Source of the DNA: a virus
Virus record (IMG/VR): IMGVR_UViG_3300009376_000011
Coordinates: 3,433-67,432 of that record
Direction: 5' to 3' (one strand)
Length of the DNA: 64,000 bases
Shown here: one piece after another, positions 44,732 through 54,451 of the stretch
Layout of the letters: the number at the start of each line of letters is the position of its first letter
How positions within the stretch are numbered: position 1 is the stretch's first letter
The notes under the pieces: generated by a model
The model's database searches: none
What the model saw: the letters and a program-made list of their open reading frames with translations, nothing else
Told to the model about the DNA's origin: nothing
Position numbers and translations under genes: made by a program

Positions 44732-45010
44732 TTAAAGCAGACCTAATTCTTCTGCTTTTTCTCTGCTGATCCTGCTTCCAGCGGGAAGAATCAATACTTT
44801 GGCTAGATGTTCAGAAGTGAGCCAACGTTTTTCAATGATGTCCTTCTCAACAGTGAAGATGTTCTCGTCATCTATGTTTTCTTCAAACATAATCGTGTGA
44901 TCTTCGGGTGTGCAAGTCATGGAGGAATTCCCGCAGATGATACACGGACCCGGTTCGTAGGCGGCGAATTCGATTCCGCTGAAATGGGGTTTGTCCGTTC
45001 TTCCTACCAT
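44732..45010 (-). CDS. Hypothetical protein
   Basis: 92 aa; PCIICG...C; ends ISREKAEELGLL. Confidence 0.65.
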   Translation of the reverse strand: MVGRTDKPHFSGIEFAAYEPGPCIICGNSSMTCTPEDHTIMFEENIDDENIFTVEKDIIEKRWLTSEHLAKVLILPAGSRISREKAEELGLL

Positions 45011-45052
45011 AGACAGACCCTACACCAAGAAGCGGGTTCATGGAGGGACGCG

Positions 45053-45077
45053 AAAAGGGAGGACCGAAGTCCTCCCT
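45053..45077 (-). terminator. Intrinsic terminator
   Basis: Minus strand AGGGAGGAC-TTCG-GTCCTCCCT-TTT. Confidence 0.85.
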
Positions 45078-45153
45078 GTTCACTCGTTAGGTTGTGGTGG
45101 GACGCATAGTGGGGCTATGTGTTATGTCACCTCAGCCTGTCAGATTTCGTGGG

Positions 45154-45414
45154 TTAGACAGATTCGCTGTAACGCTCGTCCGAACCCAAAGCCTCAAAGG
45201 CTGCGTTGTAAATCCTTACGAACTCTTCAGGGTAAAGAGCCTCCAAGGTCTTGTGGGCCTTGTACGCGGCGGTCATCTTGCGACGCTGCCGAATCTTACG
45301 GGCCTCAGCCTTGGCTTCTTTTTCGATTACATCTTCGTTGCGGTTGGCAGTCATGATCCTGTTTAGGGCCACCTGCTCCGCGTCGGTGATGTTGTTCACG
45401 GTGTTCCTCCTCAT
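45154..45414 (-). CDS. Small basic helical protein
   Basis: 86 aa, monocistronic between a promoter and a terminator. Confidence 0.7.
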   Translation of the reverse strand: MRRNTVNNITDAEQVALNRIMTANRNEDVIEKEAKAEARKIRQRRKMTAAYKAHKTLEALYPEEFVRIYNAAFEALGSDERYSESV

Positions 45415-45446
45415 ATCTTAGGTATAGGTTATCCGTGTGAACACAC

Positions 45447-45475
45447 AGGATAGCAAGTGTCACGATAAAGCGCAA
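45447..45475 (-). promoter_or_regulatory. sigmaA-type promoter
   Basis: TTGCGC-17-TATCCT; same -35 and TGC-TATC junction as the promoter at 16630-16658. Confidence 0.65.
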
Positions 45476-45484
45476 GTATTTGAA

Positions 45485-45784
45485 TTACTTTTCCTTGTTG
45501 GCATGTAGGGCCGAGAAGATGAAGTAGATGAGCATCCCGCAGAAGAAGAGTCTAGAGGCGTTGAAGTATCCAATTCCGGGGGAGAGTTCAGTGAAATTCG
45601 GATAAGCGTTGATGACGATGTGGTTAGCCCACAGAAGTATTAGTCCACCGAAGCAACTAATCAGTGCGGCAGATCCCACTACGTTGATAAATGTTTTGAT
45701 AATGCCTCTCCTCTTCTGCTCTGTAACGGTGTCTTGTGATGTAAGATTCTGAATGAGTCGATCAAAGTCGTTTCTTTCGTCCAT
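45485..45784 (-). CDS. Two-TM membrane protein
   Basis: Two hydrophobic segments; leaderless after TTGCAT-17-TATGAT (45819-45791). Confidence 0.7.
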   Translation of the reverse strand: MDERNDFDRLIQNLTSQDTVTEQKRRGIIKTFINVVGSAALISCFGGLILLWANHIVINAYPNFTELSPGIGYFNASRLFFCGMLIYFIFSALHANKEK

Positions 45785-45870
45785 GAACAGATCATACTAG
45801 CCCTTGCGGAGCGATGCAATAGGCTAAACTCTTTTTAACTTGTCACAAATGGCTTTAGGAGAAATAGCCC

Positions 45871-46017
45871 ATGCCCATACCAGACACTGGCAGAGATGTA
45901 GAACCTCGCGGACCTCGTCGTCGGCGTCCGGGTTGGCGTGATCGGCTCAACCGCGCTGCGGCCCGTGCCGCTGCCGCTGCCGCTCGTCGGCTACGTCGTG
46001 ACCGGAATCGGAGTTAA
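45871..46017 (+). CDS. 48-aa Arg-rich protamine-like peptide (not in ORF track)
   Basis: MPIPDTGRDVEPRGPRRRRPGWRDRLNRAAARAAAAAARRLRRDRNRS; SD AGGAG; fills the gap before the neck genes. Confidence 0.7.
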   Translation: MPIPDTGRDVEPRGPRRRRPGWRDRLNRAAARAAAAAARRLRRDRNRS

Positions 46018-46036
46018 TGGAGGTTAGAAGACCGAC

Positions 46037-46675
46037 ATGGCTCTTGTAACTACTGCCGATCTAAAAAAGTACATGGATATTACTTTTAGTAATGTTCAAG
46101 AAGATGCTGCCCAAATGATAGTTGATGGGTTGGAAGCCGACTTGGAGCATTACATCGGTCGTCCTGTTTCTGCTGCGTCTTTTTCGGAGTCGCATGTAGC
46201 GCCAGCCAATTACTCTGGCTCATCTCAATATAGTTTTTTTTATGACTACAATCTTGACAGGACGAGTAGCGCTGTATCGGATGTGACGAAGCCGCCGTTT
46301 GTTCTTTATACGCGTCGGTCGCCAGTGGTATCTGTTGCTAGTTTGACCGTACAGGGTCAGAGTGATTCTTCCGCGACGACTCAAACGGTTGGTACTGATT
46401 ATGTGGTGCGAAGATATGGCGTTGATATGTTCACAGTTCAGGATAATGATATAATTGTTATCAATTATACGGCTGGTTTGGATGCTTCCGCAGACAATAC
46501 ATCAGCATTGAAACTCATTATTCTTAGGGCAGCGTCACGCGAAGTTCAAAACCTTCATGATGATGTGGTCGGTATGAAAGACTTGACAACGCGCAATGTC
46601 GCTCCCGTGGAGACTGGTTTCACAGAAAACGAACTTAACTCAGTTAAACGGTGGCGTCGCGTCAGGGTGGCCTGA
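46037..46675 (+). CDS. Head-tail adaptor/connector
   Basis: MALVTTADLKKYM...YIGRP...INYTAG...LNSVKRWRR; first gene of the neck module. Confidence 0.8.
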   Translation: MALVTTADLKKYMDITFSNVQEDAAQMIVDGLEADLEHYIGRPVSAASFSESHVAPANYSGSSQYSFFYDYNLDRTSSAVSDVTKPPFVLYTRRSPVVSVASLTVQGQSDSSATTQTVGTDYVVRRYGVDMFTVQDNDIIVINYTAGLDASADNTSALKLIILRAASREVQNLHDDVVGMKDLTTRNVAPVETGFTENELNSVKRWRRVRVA

Positions 46676-46677
46676 CC

Positions 46678-47172
46678 ATGAGCAGAATCGAAGCGCGTGG
46701 AGTTTTAAAAACCAGAGCCTATTTTGCGGGCATGGTTAGGCGAGCAACGAATTTCCATTCCCAGTTGAAATGGGCACGCGACGAAATCAAAAAAGCAAAC
46801 CGGATGAATTTTGCCACTGATGGTGTGGCATCTGGGAAAAAGTGGAACGCTCTAGATCTAGAATACCAGTCGTGGAAAATACGACGGTATGGCAATTTGC
46901 CTACGATGATTAGAGAAGGCGATTTGTATCGTCAGTTGACCTCCCTGTCTGGTCGGGTCAACCATGTTGGATTGAAGACAGCCCAGTTCGGAACTGATTT
47001 AGAATATGCAGAATTTCATCAGACGGGTACAAGGTTCATGCCAGCCAGAAAGATCGTGTTCGTCCCGAAAGGGTTCGCCCACGATTTAGGAGTCGAAGTG
47101 GCGGAATATTTGGTGTATGGTCAAAAGGGCACTAGGGAATATAAGAAACTAAAAGCATTGGCGTTTGACTAA
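46678..47172 (+). CDS. Neck/virion morphogenesis protein (Mu gpG-like)
   Basis: W..L...K...FGTDLEYAEFHQTGTRFMPAR. Confidence 0.82.
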   Translation: MSRIEARGVLKTRAYFAGMVRRATNFHSQLKWARDEIKKANRMNFATDGVASGKKWNALDLEYQSWKIRRYGNLPTMIREGDLYRQLTSLSGRVNHVGLKTAQFGTDLEYAEFHQTGTRFMPARKIVFVPKGFAHDLGVEVAEYLVYGQKGTREYKKLKALAFD

Positions 47173-48059
47173 TGGTTGCAACAATGGAAGGCCCAGCAGC
47201 GGCCAAGAAGTATGTAAATGATTTTCTTGCGGCTGATATGCCGACAAGATTGTTGAACTATCGGAATACGTTGAGTTTGTCGGATAGTGAACTTCCGAAC
47301 CCAGTTAAGTATTTGACGTTTGAACCTTTGACTTTGGATAACTGGCCGACGTTGATTACATTGGTGGAGTCCACCGGACAGATTGTTAAAGATTCCTACG
47401 AACCGGGATTGGATGCTCTTTATCAGGTCATTTATCGGATGCGTACCTATTGTTGGGTTCGGGCCACAGGGGCTAATGAGGTAACGGTTGCCCGAGACAA
47501 TATGACAATGGTGGTGCGAGATGCACTACTAGATCGTCCTGCCCTTCGTACCGCTGCACAGGAAGGTACAGATTGTGAGATCAAAGTCGATGAGGGAACC
47601 CTTACCGAAGACTTTTCTGATCTAACGTTGCTAAAAGGTGAACGTTTCCTTGCGGCTTCATTTTTATCGTATGAACTGAGTCTGTATGAATCTATCGGTC
47701 GTGCGAATGCGGGAGTAATGCTGACTGGTGTGTTGAACGAATCTTTGATGGAAAAGGTTCCTAATAACCCAACGATGCTTGGGGGAACAGGTGGAGACAC
47801 CAATGCGACGCTGAGTTGGAAAGCACCGACCTACGACGGTGGCGGGCCTAATCCGATTACTGGTTACACAATTCAAGCCTCCACGAATAAGGGAGTGACT
47901 TGGGCAACAGTTGTTGCTAATACTGCAAGTTTGAACCCGACCCATGTTGTGGGGGGGTTATCTAATGCGACTTCTTACACGTTTAGAGTGGCTGCTTTAA
48001 ATGCTGATGGAACTGGTGCATATTCATCTGCTTCAGGAAACATCATACCTTCTGCTTGA
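47172..48059 (+). CDS. Tail terminator-like protein with C-terminal FN3 domain
   Basis: Position before the sheath; LSWKAP..DGG..PITGY...GLSNATSYTFRVAALN. Confidence 0.7.
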   Translation: MVATMEGPAAAKKYVNDFLAADMPTRLLNYRNTLSLSDSELPNPVKYLTFEPLTLDNWPTLITLVESTGQIVKDSYEPGLDALYQVIYRMRTYCWVRATGANEVTVARDNMTMVVRDALLDRPALRTAAQEGTDCEIKVDEGTLTEDFSDLTLLKGERFLAASFLSYELSLYESIGRANAGVMLTGVLNESLMEKVPNNPTMLGGTGGDTNATLSWKAPTYDGGGPNPITGYTIQASTNKGVTWATVVANTASLNPTHVVGGLSNATSYTFRVAALNADGTGAYSSASGNIIPSA

Positions 48060-48177
48060 TAACCCTATATGGGTGCTAATATAAAAAGCGGACAGATACA
48101 TGCAATGAAAGACCTTCAGAGCCATGTAAGATTTGTCCACAAAGTTCGTCATCGGCCCAACAACGGAGGCGCGGGGA

Positions 48178-49677
48178 ATGCCCGGAATCGTAATTAACAC
48201 CGCAACTAGAAGCGGACCATCAGGAACTGGGGAGACGATCTCAGCGCAGGCGTTTATGGTGGGTACCACTGAACGTGGTCAGACATCTGAGCCTAAACTG
48301 ATTCGCAATCTCACTGAGTACACAAAGTTTTTTGGTAAGTATGTTGTAGGAAACTTGCATACTTACGCTCAGACTTATTTTGAAGAGGGTGGATCGCGCT
48401 TGTATGTTCAGCGTGCTGTAGCCGATGATGCTGTAGCGGGTAGCCGTGCTTTTGTTAATTCTGCCGGTTCGACAGTTGCCACATTTTCTGCCGCAGACGT
48501 TGGGGCATGGGCAGCAAATCTAGATGTTCAGATTGTGGCTGGTGATGTTTCCGGTGTTCGTGTCAAGGTATTTCTTGATGACGAACTCGTATTGCACACT
48601 AACGATTTGACCACGCTTGATGCTTTGATCGCCGCTGTTAATGCGGAAGAGCCTACTCGTCATTTGGTTACAGTTGCTAAAGAGTCGGGGGCCACGACTC
48701 TGCCGGTGGCGACATCTGCGGTGGCTATGTCTGCTGGTGCTGATGGAACGCTGGTTACTGATGCCAGTTCAACCGACAACTATATTGAGGGTTTGGCAAA
48801 GATTGGCAAGGATCTTGGTCCGGGTTCAGTTTCGATTCCCGGTATTGCAACTGCTAACTCTTATTGGCACGCACTTATTGATCACGCGAAACTAAATGAC
48901 CGGATTGCTATTTGTGCGTTTACCGAGGCTGCCAGTCATACGACTGCCAAGAGTTCTTTGAGCGGTGCTTCCCCAACGATTTATGCTGATAACGATGCCC
49001 ATTATGCGGCCTTCTATTATCCGTGGGTGAAGATCCCCGATCCGGCTAATGCTGGTTTGACGGTTACCAACGCACCTGACGCTTATGTTCAGGCGAAACG
49101 TTCCAAGGCTGCTAACGAGGTTGGAGGCCCGTGGCGTGTTGGCGCTGGCGCTATTTCAGAGGCGAAGTATGTCAGTGGCTTGGCCCCACCGTCAGGCACG
49201 ACGATGGACAAGGCAACTGGTGACGAGTTGGATAACTCTCGCATCAATGCGTTGCGAATCATTAACGGCGGTGTTCGTGTCTATGGTGCCCGTTCTGCTT
49301 CTGTGACTGAATCCGATTGGCGATTCATTACTTCACGGGACACGATCAACCACATTGTTTATCTGACCGAGTTGGAGTTGGAACGTCACACGTTCTCCAC
49401 TATCGACAATCGGGGTGGGCTGTTTTCGGCCATCCGGTCTTCGCTGATTGGCATTTTGGAACCGATTAAAAAGGCTGGTGGCCTGTACTCAGCCCACGAT
49501 TCATCGGGCGCATTGGTAGATGATGGCTATGTGGTAACTGTCGCTGATAGTAATAATCCTGCTAATCAGTTGGCAGTTGGTCAAGTCACTGCCGATGTTG
49601 CAGTCAGGGTGTCGGCTGTTGGTGATAAGATTACTGTCAACATCACGAAGTCCAACCTTACGGCTGGCGTACTCTAA
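48178..49677 (+). CDS. Contractile tail sheath
   Basis: MPGIVI, AFMVGTTERG, YFEEGG, AAFYYPWV, INALR...VRVYGARS. Confidence 0.93.
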   Translation: MPGIVINTATRSGPSGTGETISAQAFMVGTTERGQTSEPKLIRNLTEYTKFFGKYVVGNLHTYAQTYFEEGGSRLYVQRAVADDAVAGSRAFVNSAGSTVATFSAADVGAWAANLDVQIVAGDVSGVRVKVFLDDELVLHTNDLTTLDALIAAVNAEEPTRHLVTVAKESGATTLPVATSAVAMSAGADGTLVTDASSTDNYIEGLAKIGKDLGPGSVSIPGIATANSYWHALIDHAKLNDRIAICAFTEAASHTTAKSSLSGASPTIYADNDAHYAAFYYPWVKIPDPANAGLTVTNAPDAYVQAKRSKAANEVGGPWRVGAGAISEAKYVSGLAPPSGTTMDKATGDELDNSRINALRIINGGVRVYGARSASVTESDWRFITSRDTINHIVYLTELELERHTFSTIDNRGGLFSAIRSSLIGILEPIKKAGGLYSAHDSSGALVDDGYVVTVADSNNPANQLAVGQVTADVAVRVSAVGDKITVNITKSNLTAGVL

Positions 49678-49692
49678 ACAGGGAGTGAATAG

Positions 49693-50163
49693 ATGAAACT
49701 TGCACAGAGGCAGATTATCGGCAGGATTGCGCCTTGTACTACGGTTAATGGTATGCCTGCTCCTCCGGACTTCCTTGGGCATTTTGCTCAGGTGTCTGGT
49801 GGCGAGATCACGGCTTCGGTGGAGAAGGTGTTTGAGGGTGGAAAGAAGTTCCCTGAGACGCTGTGCGCTCCTGCCGAGGTCGGTGACGTTACTCTGACCC
49901 GCCATTATGATCCGGAACGTGACGGTGAATTGGTTGCTGGTCTGCGGGGACGGGTAGGCAGTGCGTATTACAACATCACTATTGAAGAGACGAATTGTGA
50001 TCTTGTAGTGTCGGGTTCTACAAATAACCGAATTTTTACTGAGGCTCTTGTTGTTGGTTTGACTGAGCCTGATGGCGATGCTTCTTCTGGAGCGCCTGCG
50101 ACCTTTAGCATTACTTTGGCTATTGGTGGTTTGAAAGAGGGCGCTGCGAATCCCGCTACCTAA
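49693..50163 (+). CDS. Tail tube protein
   Basis: Follows the sheath; FAQVSGG...GDVTLTR...DASSG gp19-like pattern. Confidence 0.85.
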   Translation: MKLAQRQIIGRIAPCTTVNGMPAPPDFLGHFAQVSGGEITASVEKVFEGGKKFPETLCAPAEVGDVTLTRHYDPERDGELVAGLRGRVGSAYYNITIEETNCDLVVSGSTNNRIFTEALVVGLTEPDGDASSGAPATFSITLAIGGLKEGAANPAT

Positions 50164-50190
50164 TTTTCGTTTAGGTTATTAACTTAAAAC

Positions 50191-50219
50191 TTGATACCCC
50201 GGTAACGGGGTGTTATTAT
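50191..50219 (+). promoter_or_regulatory. Promoter with palindromic spacer
   Basis: TTGATA-17-TATTAT; spacer contains ACCCCG-GTAA-CGGGGT (may double as a terminator or operator). Confidence 0.5.
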
Positions 50220-50256
50220 CTGGATGTCATAACAACGTCCAATGGAGAAATATATT

Positions 50257-50784
50257 ATGGCTGATGAAAAGGTAACGAAGACTATTTCTTATGATGTTCC
50301 CGAAGATAGCAAGGAACAACTTGTAGAGAAAGAAGCAAAGCCTTCAGTTCTGGAACAGTTGCGTAATGTTGTTGAACAGAAGGTTGAGCGAGGCGAAATC
50401 GAAATCAGTGTTCCTGAGCGGGAAGGTGTTGCGGTTCGATTTTCCCCGAATGTCACTCAGCAGCAGTTGCGTGCATGGCGACGGAATTCTGGTGAAAACA
50501 GCAAGGATGGATTTGATCCTTTGAGGTTTGCCTGTTATGTGGTTGGTTCGACCTGTACCGGAATTTTGATCAACGATGAGATTGTGGAAAATCCGACAAA
50601 TGGGATTGCCATGACGTTTGCCTCTGATTTGATTTTGGAAATGACTGGTGATACTCGTCCGATCCCTGATGGGATTCGCAACTTCTACGGGATTGATCCT
50701 CATCTGGAAGCCACGGCATTGGCGATTTTGGATGCTGCTGGTTATGGAGATGAGATTGATGAGATAAACCCTACGATTCGATAA
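50257..50784 (+). CDS. Tail assembly chaperone (G-like)
   Basis: Between tube and tape measure; SD GGAG; ends ...INPTIR. Confidence 0.8.
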   Translation: MADEKVTKTISYDVPEDSKEQLVEKEAKPSVLEQLRNVVEQKVERGEIEISVPEREGVAVRFSPNVTQQQLRAWRRNSGENSKDGFDPLRFACYVVGSTCTGILINDEIVENPTNGIAMTFASDLILEMTGDTRPIPDGIRNFYGIDPHLEATALAILDAAGYGDEIDEINPTIR

Positions 50785-50981
50785 TAGAAGATTTAGCAGA
50801 ATCTCCTGTTATCGAAACAGCCGCACGGCTGGGGGAAGTATTTCACACTGATCCGATTCAACTCTTGGATTGTTCCGAGGAGGATTGGATGATTCGGATA
50901 GCATGTGCAATGGTGATAGCCGCTGATCGTGAGAAGCAAGAGAAAGAGGCGGAAGCGGCGCGTAAGGGTAGGCGTAGATAA
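50766..50981 (+). CDS. Tail assembly chaperone extension (GT-like) by -1 frameshift
   Basis: Slippery A-AAC-CCT at 50766-50772; -1 frame open to TAA at 50981 (IEDLAESPVIETAARLGEVFHTDP...). Confidence 0.78.
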   Translation, partial: KPYDSIIEDLAESPVIETAARLGEVFHTDPIQLLDCSEEDWMIRIACAMVIAADREKQEKEAEAARKGRRR

Positions 50982-50998
50982 ATAGAAAGTAACGTATC

Positions 50999-53900
50999 AT
51001 GGCTGTAGAGCAGAAGGTAGTCATTAGGGTTGAAATAGACCCGGATATGACTAAGGCTGCTGCGGTTAACGCGTTTCTAAGTACCCTTGATAAAAGACTA
51101 AATAAAACTAATAAGGTTCTCAATAAGACGAATGATCTGTTGAAAGACGGTGTGGCTTTTCACCTTGGCCGTGCCGCCCGGAGGATGGCCGACTTCGGCA
51201 AGGCGATTCTCAAAGTTAACTTCAAGGGTCTAATCGTTGAATTGGGTTTGGTCACGATAGGTCTTGTAGCCATGAAGGGGGCGTTGGCTGCCGGTAGAGG
51301 AATCATGCGCGGGTGGAATAGCACCGTCAATTTCCTCAAGGTAACTACTGCCGGTTTCACCGCGAGCATTGTCGCTTTGGTTTCTGCATTGACGGCTGCT
51401 AACAGGCAGTTTCAGCAGACTCAGTTGTCTCCATTTATTGGAGGTATGCAAAATGCCCGTGAGGCACTGGGTGCTTTACGTTCAGAGTCTCTTGCTCCCA
51501 TGGGGGTGCAGAACGTTTCGGCAACGGCTGCCATGCTTAGCCGTGCTGGGATAGACACCAGAAGGCAAGCCGCGATTATGAGGGAAATGGCAAATATTTC
51601 CAGCGGGGATCCCAAGGCTTTTCAAGCAATGTCACAAGCCGTAGCGGCTGTTCAAAGCAGTGGGTCAACGAAAGCAGGGGTTGAGGCTCTTAGAGGTTTG
51701 GGTCCGATGTTTGCCGATGTGGCCGGTAAGGCCGGTTCCATGAGCGCTGACGAATTTATGAAAGCGATGGGCAGCGGCGCTTTGACGCCTGAAGCATTTC
51801 AGGGTCAGATGGGCAGACTCAATGAAACCTTGATGGGTGGATTCAAGGCGACGGTTACCAAGTTTTATGTGGCGTTGGCTGACATGGGTATGATCTTTTT
51901 GGATCCGTTGCGTAATGCTCTAGCCCAAATCGAACATATTGTTCTTCGGAGTTTGCATCGAACCACTGCGTCGATTCAGAAGTTTGGTTTGGAAACTTTT
52001 GTTCCGAAGTTGGTTAGTGGTGTGGAACGGTTCACTAATTGGTGGGTCAAACTGATTGTTAATGATCTTCCGAAATTGATGGAAGTGTACGGAAATATTG
52101 CTGATTGGTGGAGAAATTTCACTGCTGGAACTAGCGAGTGGTTCGGTAATCTGGGCGCGGGGATGGACAAGTTTTCAGAGTCCGGTAAGGCTGCTTGGAA
52201 ATTTTGGAAGAATATTTTTCGTGAGATTGGCGACTTCATGGGGGGTCGCTTCAATGAGTACGACAAAGATATTAATAAAAATAGAGAAGCGTTTGAAATG
52301 TTTGGTACGTCAATTGGCAGGTTCGTTGCTGGCGTGTTGGGCGTAGTAACTGCTTTTAAAGATGAGTTCATGGAGATGTTGCCTGAACTCAATGATTTCT
52401 TCTCTTTCTTAACTTTGGAAGTTTTCCCTGTGATGCAGGATTTTGCTGAAGAGTTCGCTAAGGCGTTCAAGTCTGCGCTTCCTGTTATTCGTAATATCGT
52501 TGGGGCAATGCTGCCTTTGTTGAAGCGTCTCAATAGTTTGATCGGCGCTATTGGTGGTTCTAGTGGCATGGGTGGTTTGGCTGTTTTGTTTGCTGGCTGG
52601 TTGGCTATGACTCAGGGCGGTCGTGGGATGATGCACTGGACGCGGCAGGGCATGATCGGTGGTGCGGCTCCTACCGGCCCTCAGGGCGCTATTTCTCACA
52701 GGATGGGTCAAAGAATTGCCGATAGTCGCGTTGGTCAGGCGGTTGGGGGTTTCTTTGCGACTCGCCGTGCCGCCAACGCCGCAACCAAGGTTTTGCCAAA
52801 GGGTGTGCCCGGCCCTGTTCTGCCGAAGACGACGCCCGTAGCGTTCCGGGGCATGGGTATGGGAACGATGATCGCAGGAATGCTGATTGCCCAAACGCTT
52901 GGTGGAGTGATAGGTGGCTCACACGGCGCTGATGCCGGTCAGGCTATAGCGACAGCGGGCACCATGATGGCTATGGGGTCGATGATGGGACCAGCGGGTG
53001 CCTTGGGTCTGGGAGGACTCGCTATGGGTAGGACTGCTTGGAATGCTCGTACCGAACAGGGTGGTAAGGCTGCTGGTGCTATATCTGGTGGGATGGCCGG
53101 AGCCAGCGCAGGCATGATAATTGGCACACCGTTCGGCGGACCTGTTGGTACAGCGGCGGGTCTGATTATTGGCGGAATCATTGGCACCATCGCTGGCGGT
53201 ATTCTTGGTTCATGGCGGGGGCGGGATAACGAAGAGAGGTTGGCGGAGGCAGGCGAAGAATTGGCTCAGGTGTTTTCTTGGAGCATCGTAGACGCCATGA
53301 AACGGGGATCGCGTAAAGATATTCACGACAGAATGACAGAGTTGGATGAACTCCTTGCAGATGACTTCAAACTGACGGATATGGCGAGGCAGGCGGGTGT
53401 TTCAAAGGAATCATTTGTAGATGAGTTGAATTGGCAAAGGATCAAACTGATCTATGAGATAGTTCCAGATATGTTGAATAAAATAAGTGAGTCTACTGCG
53501 ACGCTGGGTGAGATAACTGGTGAAACTGCTTTGGAGATTGAAGACAACGCTAGGCGTTGGGGTATTGCTCTGCAAGCGGGTGGGCAGGCGATTGACGATT
53601 ACATCTATCAAAAAAATATTAAGTTCAAGCACACTTCGGCTGCACAGATTGATTCGCTGATAGCCGGAGCGACATATGACACGCTTTTGGGCAGTCCGAT
53701 GCATATAGAACATCGCACGAATCTGCTGGCGCTAGAGTCTAAAGCCGCGACGGATGCCCTCTTTACTAGTATGGAATCTGGCGACATTGATATGGACTTG
53801 TTAGATGCATACTTAAAGACGGGGTTGGCTGAAGTCGCAGCATTGGATCTGACTGCGTCCGAGCAGAATTTAATGATTGGGCGTGTCATTGCTAATATGG

Positions 53901-54451
53901 GTACAAATGCTACTAGGTACGGATTCGGGGGGGACATCCAAAGTGCTATAGCACAAATTCAATCCAATTATGGCGTAACTCCGGGTGGCACTGGTCAAGG
54001 CTTTGTGGATATGACCTTTGAAAAGTTTAAAGAAACTGACTTTTATGCTCAGAACTTGATTGAAATGTCAGGTCTTCTTTACGGTAAAGGCGAGGAGATG
54101 GATAGGGATGAGTTTGATGCAGACATGAAGGCCATGTTTGAGGCGTCGGATGCTGGAGAACAGATGGCGATCTTTAATCAGAAACTATGGTCTGTGGAAG
54201 CGGAAGCAATTGTCAAACACAAGAACCTTATGGACTTGGACAGTGAAGCATTGGAAACTCATCGTCTAGCGCTTCTAGCGGGTGCTGCGTTACCGTTGGG
54301 TGAGGATACCGTAGAACCTGAAAAGGTGAAGACCGGTGCCGACAACGTTGAACGTTCAGTGATGAGCGACCAAGAAAAGATGGATCTCTATGAACAACTT
54401 GAAGGATCTGTTACTTACGGCAGCGGCCTCGGCGTAGGTTACATTCTCTGA
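50999..54451 (+). CDS. Tape measure protein
   Basis: 1150 aa helical, Ala/Gly-rich with hydrophobic Gly-zipper segments; canonical position. Confidence 0.9.
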   Translation: MAVEQKVVIRVEIDPDMTKAAAVNAFLSTLDKRLNKTNKVLNKTNDLLKDGVAFHLGRAARRMADFGKAILKVNFKGLIVELGLVTIGLVAMKGALAAGRGIMRGWNSTVNFLKVTTAGFTASIVALVSALTAANRQFQQTQLSPFIGGMQNAREALGALRSESLAPMGVQNVSATAAMLSRAGIDTRRQAAIMREMANISSGDPKAFQAMSQAVAAVQSSGSTKAGVEALRGLGPMFADVAGKAGSMSADEFMKAMGSGALTPEAFQGQMGRLNETLMGGFKATVTKFYVALADMGMIFLDPLRNALAQIEHIVLRSLHRTTASIQKFGLETFVPKLVSGVERFTNWWVKLIVNDLPKLMEVYGNIADWWRNFTAGTSEWFGNLGAGMDKFSESGKAAWKFWKNIFREIGDFMGGRFNEYDKDINKNREAFEMFGTSIGRFVAGVLGVVTAFKDEFMEMLPELNDFFSFLTLEVFPVMQDFAEEFAKAFKSALPVIRNIVGAMLPLLKRLNSLIGAIGGSSGMGGLAVLFAGWLAMTQGGRGMMHWTRQGMIGGAAPTGPQGAISHRMGQRIADSRVGQAVGGFFATRRAANAATKVLPKGVPGPVLPKTTPVAFRGMGMGTMIAGMLIAQTLGGVIGGSHGADAGQAIATAGTMMAMGSMMGPAGALGLGGLAMGRTAWNARTEQGGKAAGAISGGMAGASAGMIIGTPFGGPVGTAAGLIIGGIIGTIAGGILGSWRGRDNEERLAEAGEELAQVFSWSIVDAMKRGSRKDIHDRMTELDELLADDFKLTDMARQAGVSKESFVDELNWQRIKLIYEIVPDMLNKISESTATLGEITGETALEIEDNARRWGIALQAGGQAIDDYIYQKNIKFKHTSAAQIDSLIAGATYDTLLGSPMHIEHRTNLLALESKAATDALFTSMESGDIDMDLLDAYLKTGLAEVAALDLTASEQNLMIGRVIANMGTNATRYGFGGDIQSAIAQIQSNYGVTPGGTGQGFVDMTFEKFKETDFYAQNLIEMSGLLYGKGEEMDRDEFDADMKAMFEASDAGEQMAIFNQKLWSVEAEAIVKHKNLMDLDSEALETHRLALLAGAALPLGEDTVEPEKVKTGADNVERSVMSDQEKMDLYEQLEGSVTYGSGLGVGYIL

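Noticed and set aside
45080-45153. Possible self-cleaving ribozyme (GAAA and CTGA fragments) in a 3' UTR
   Set aside because: No complete CUGANGA core or supporting three-stem junction could be built.
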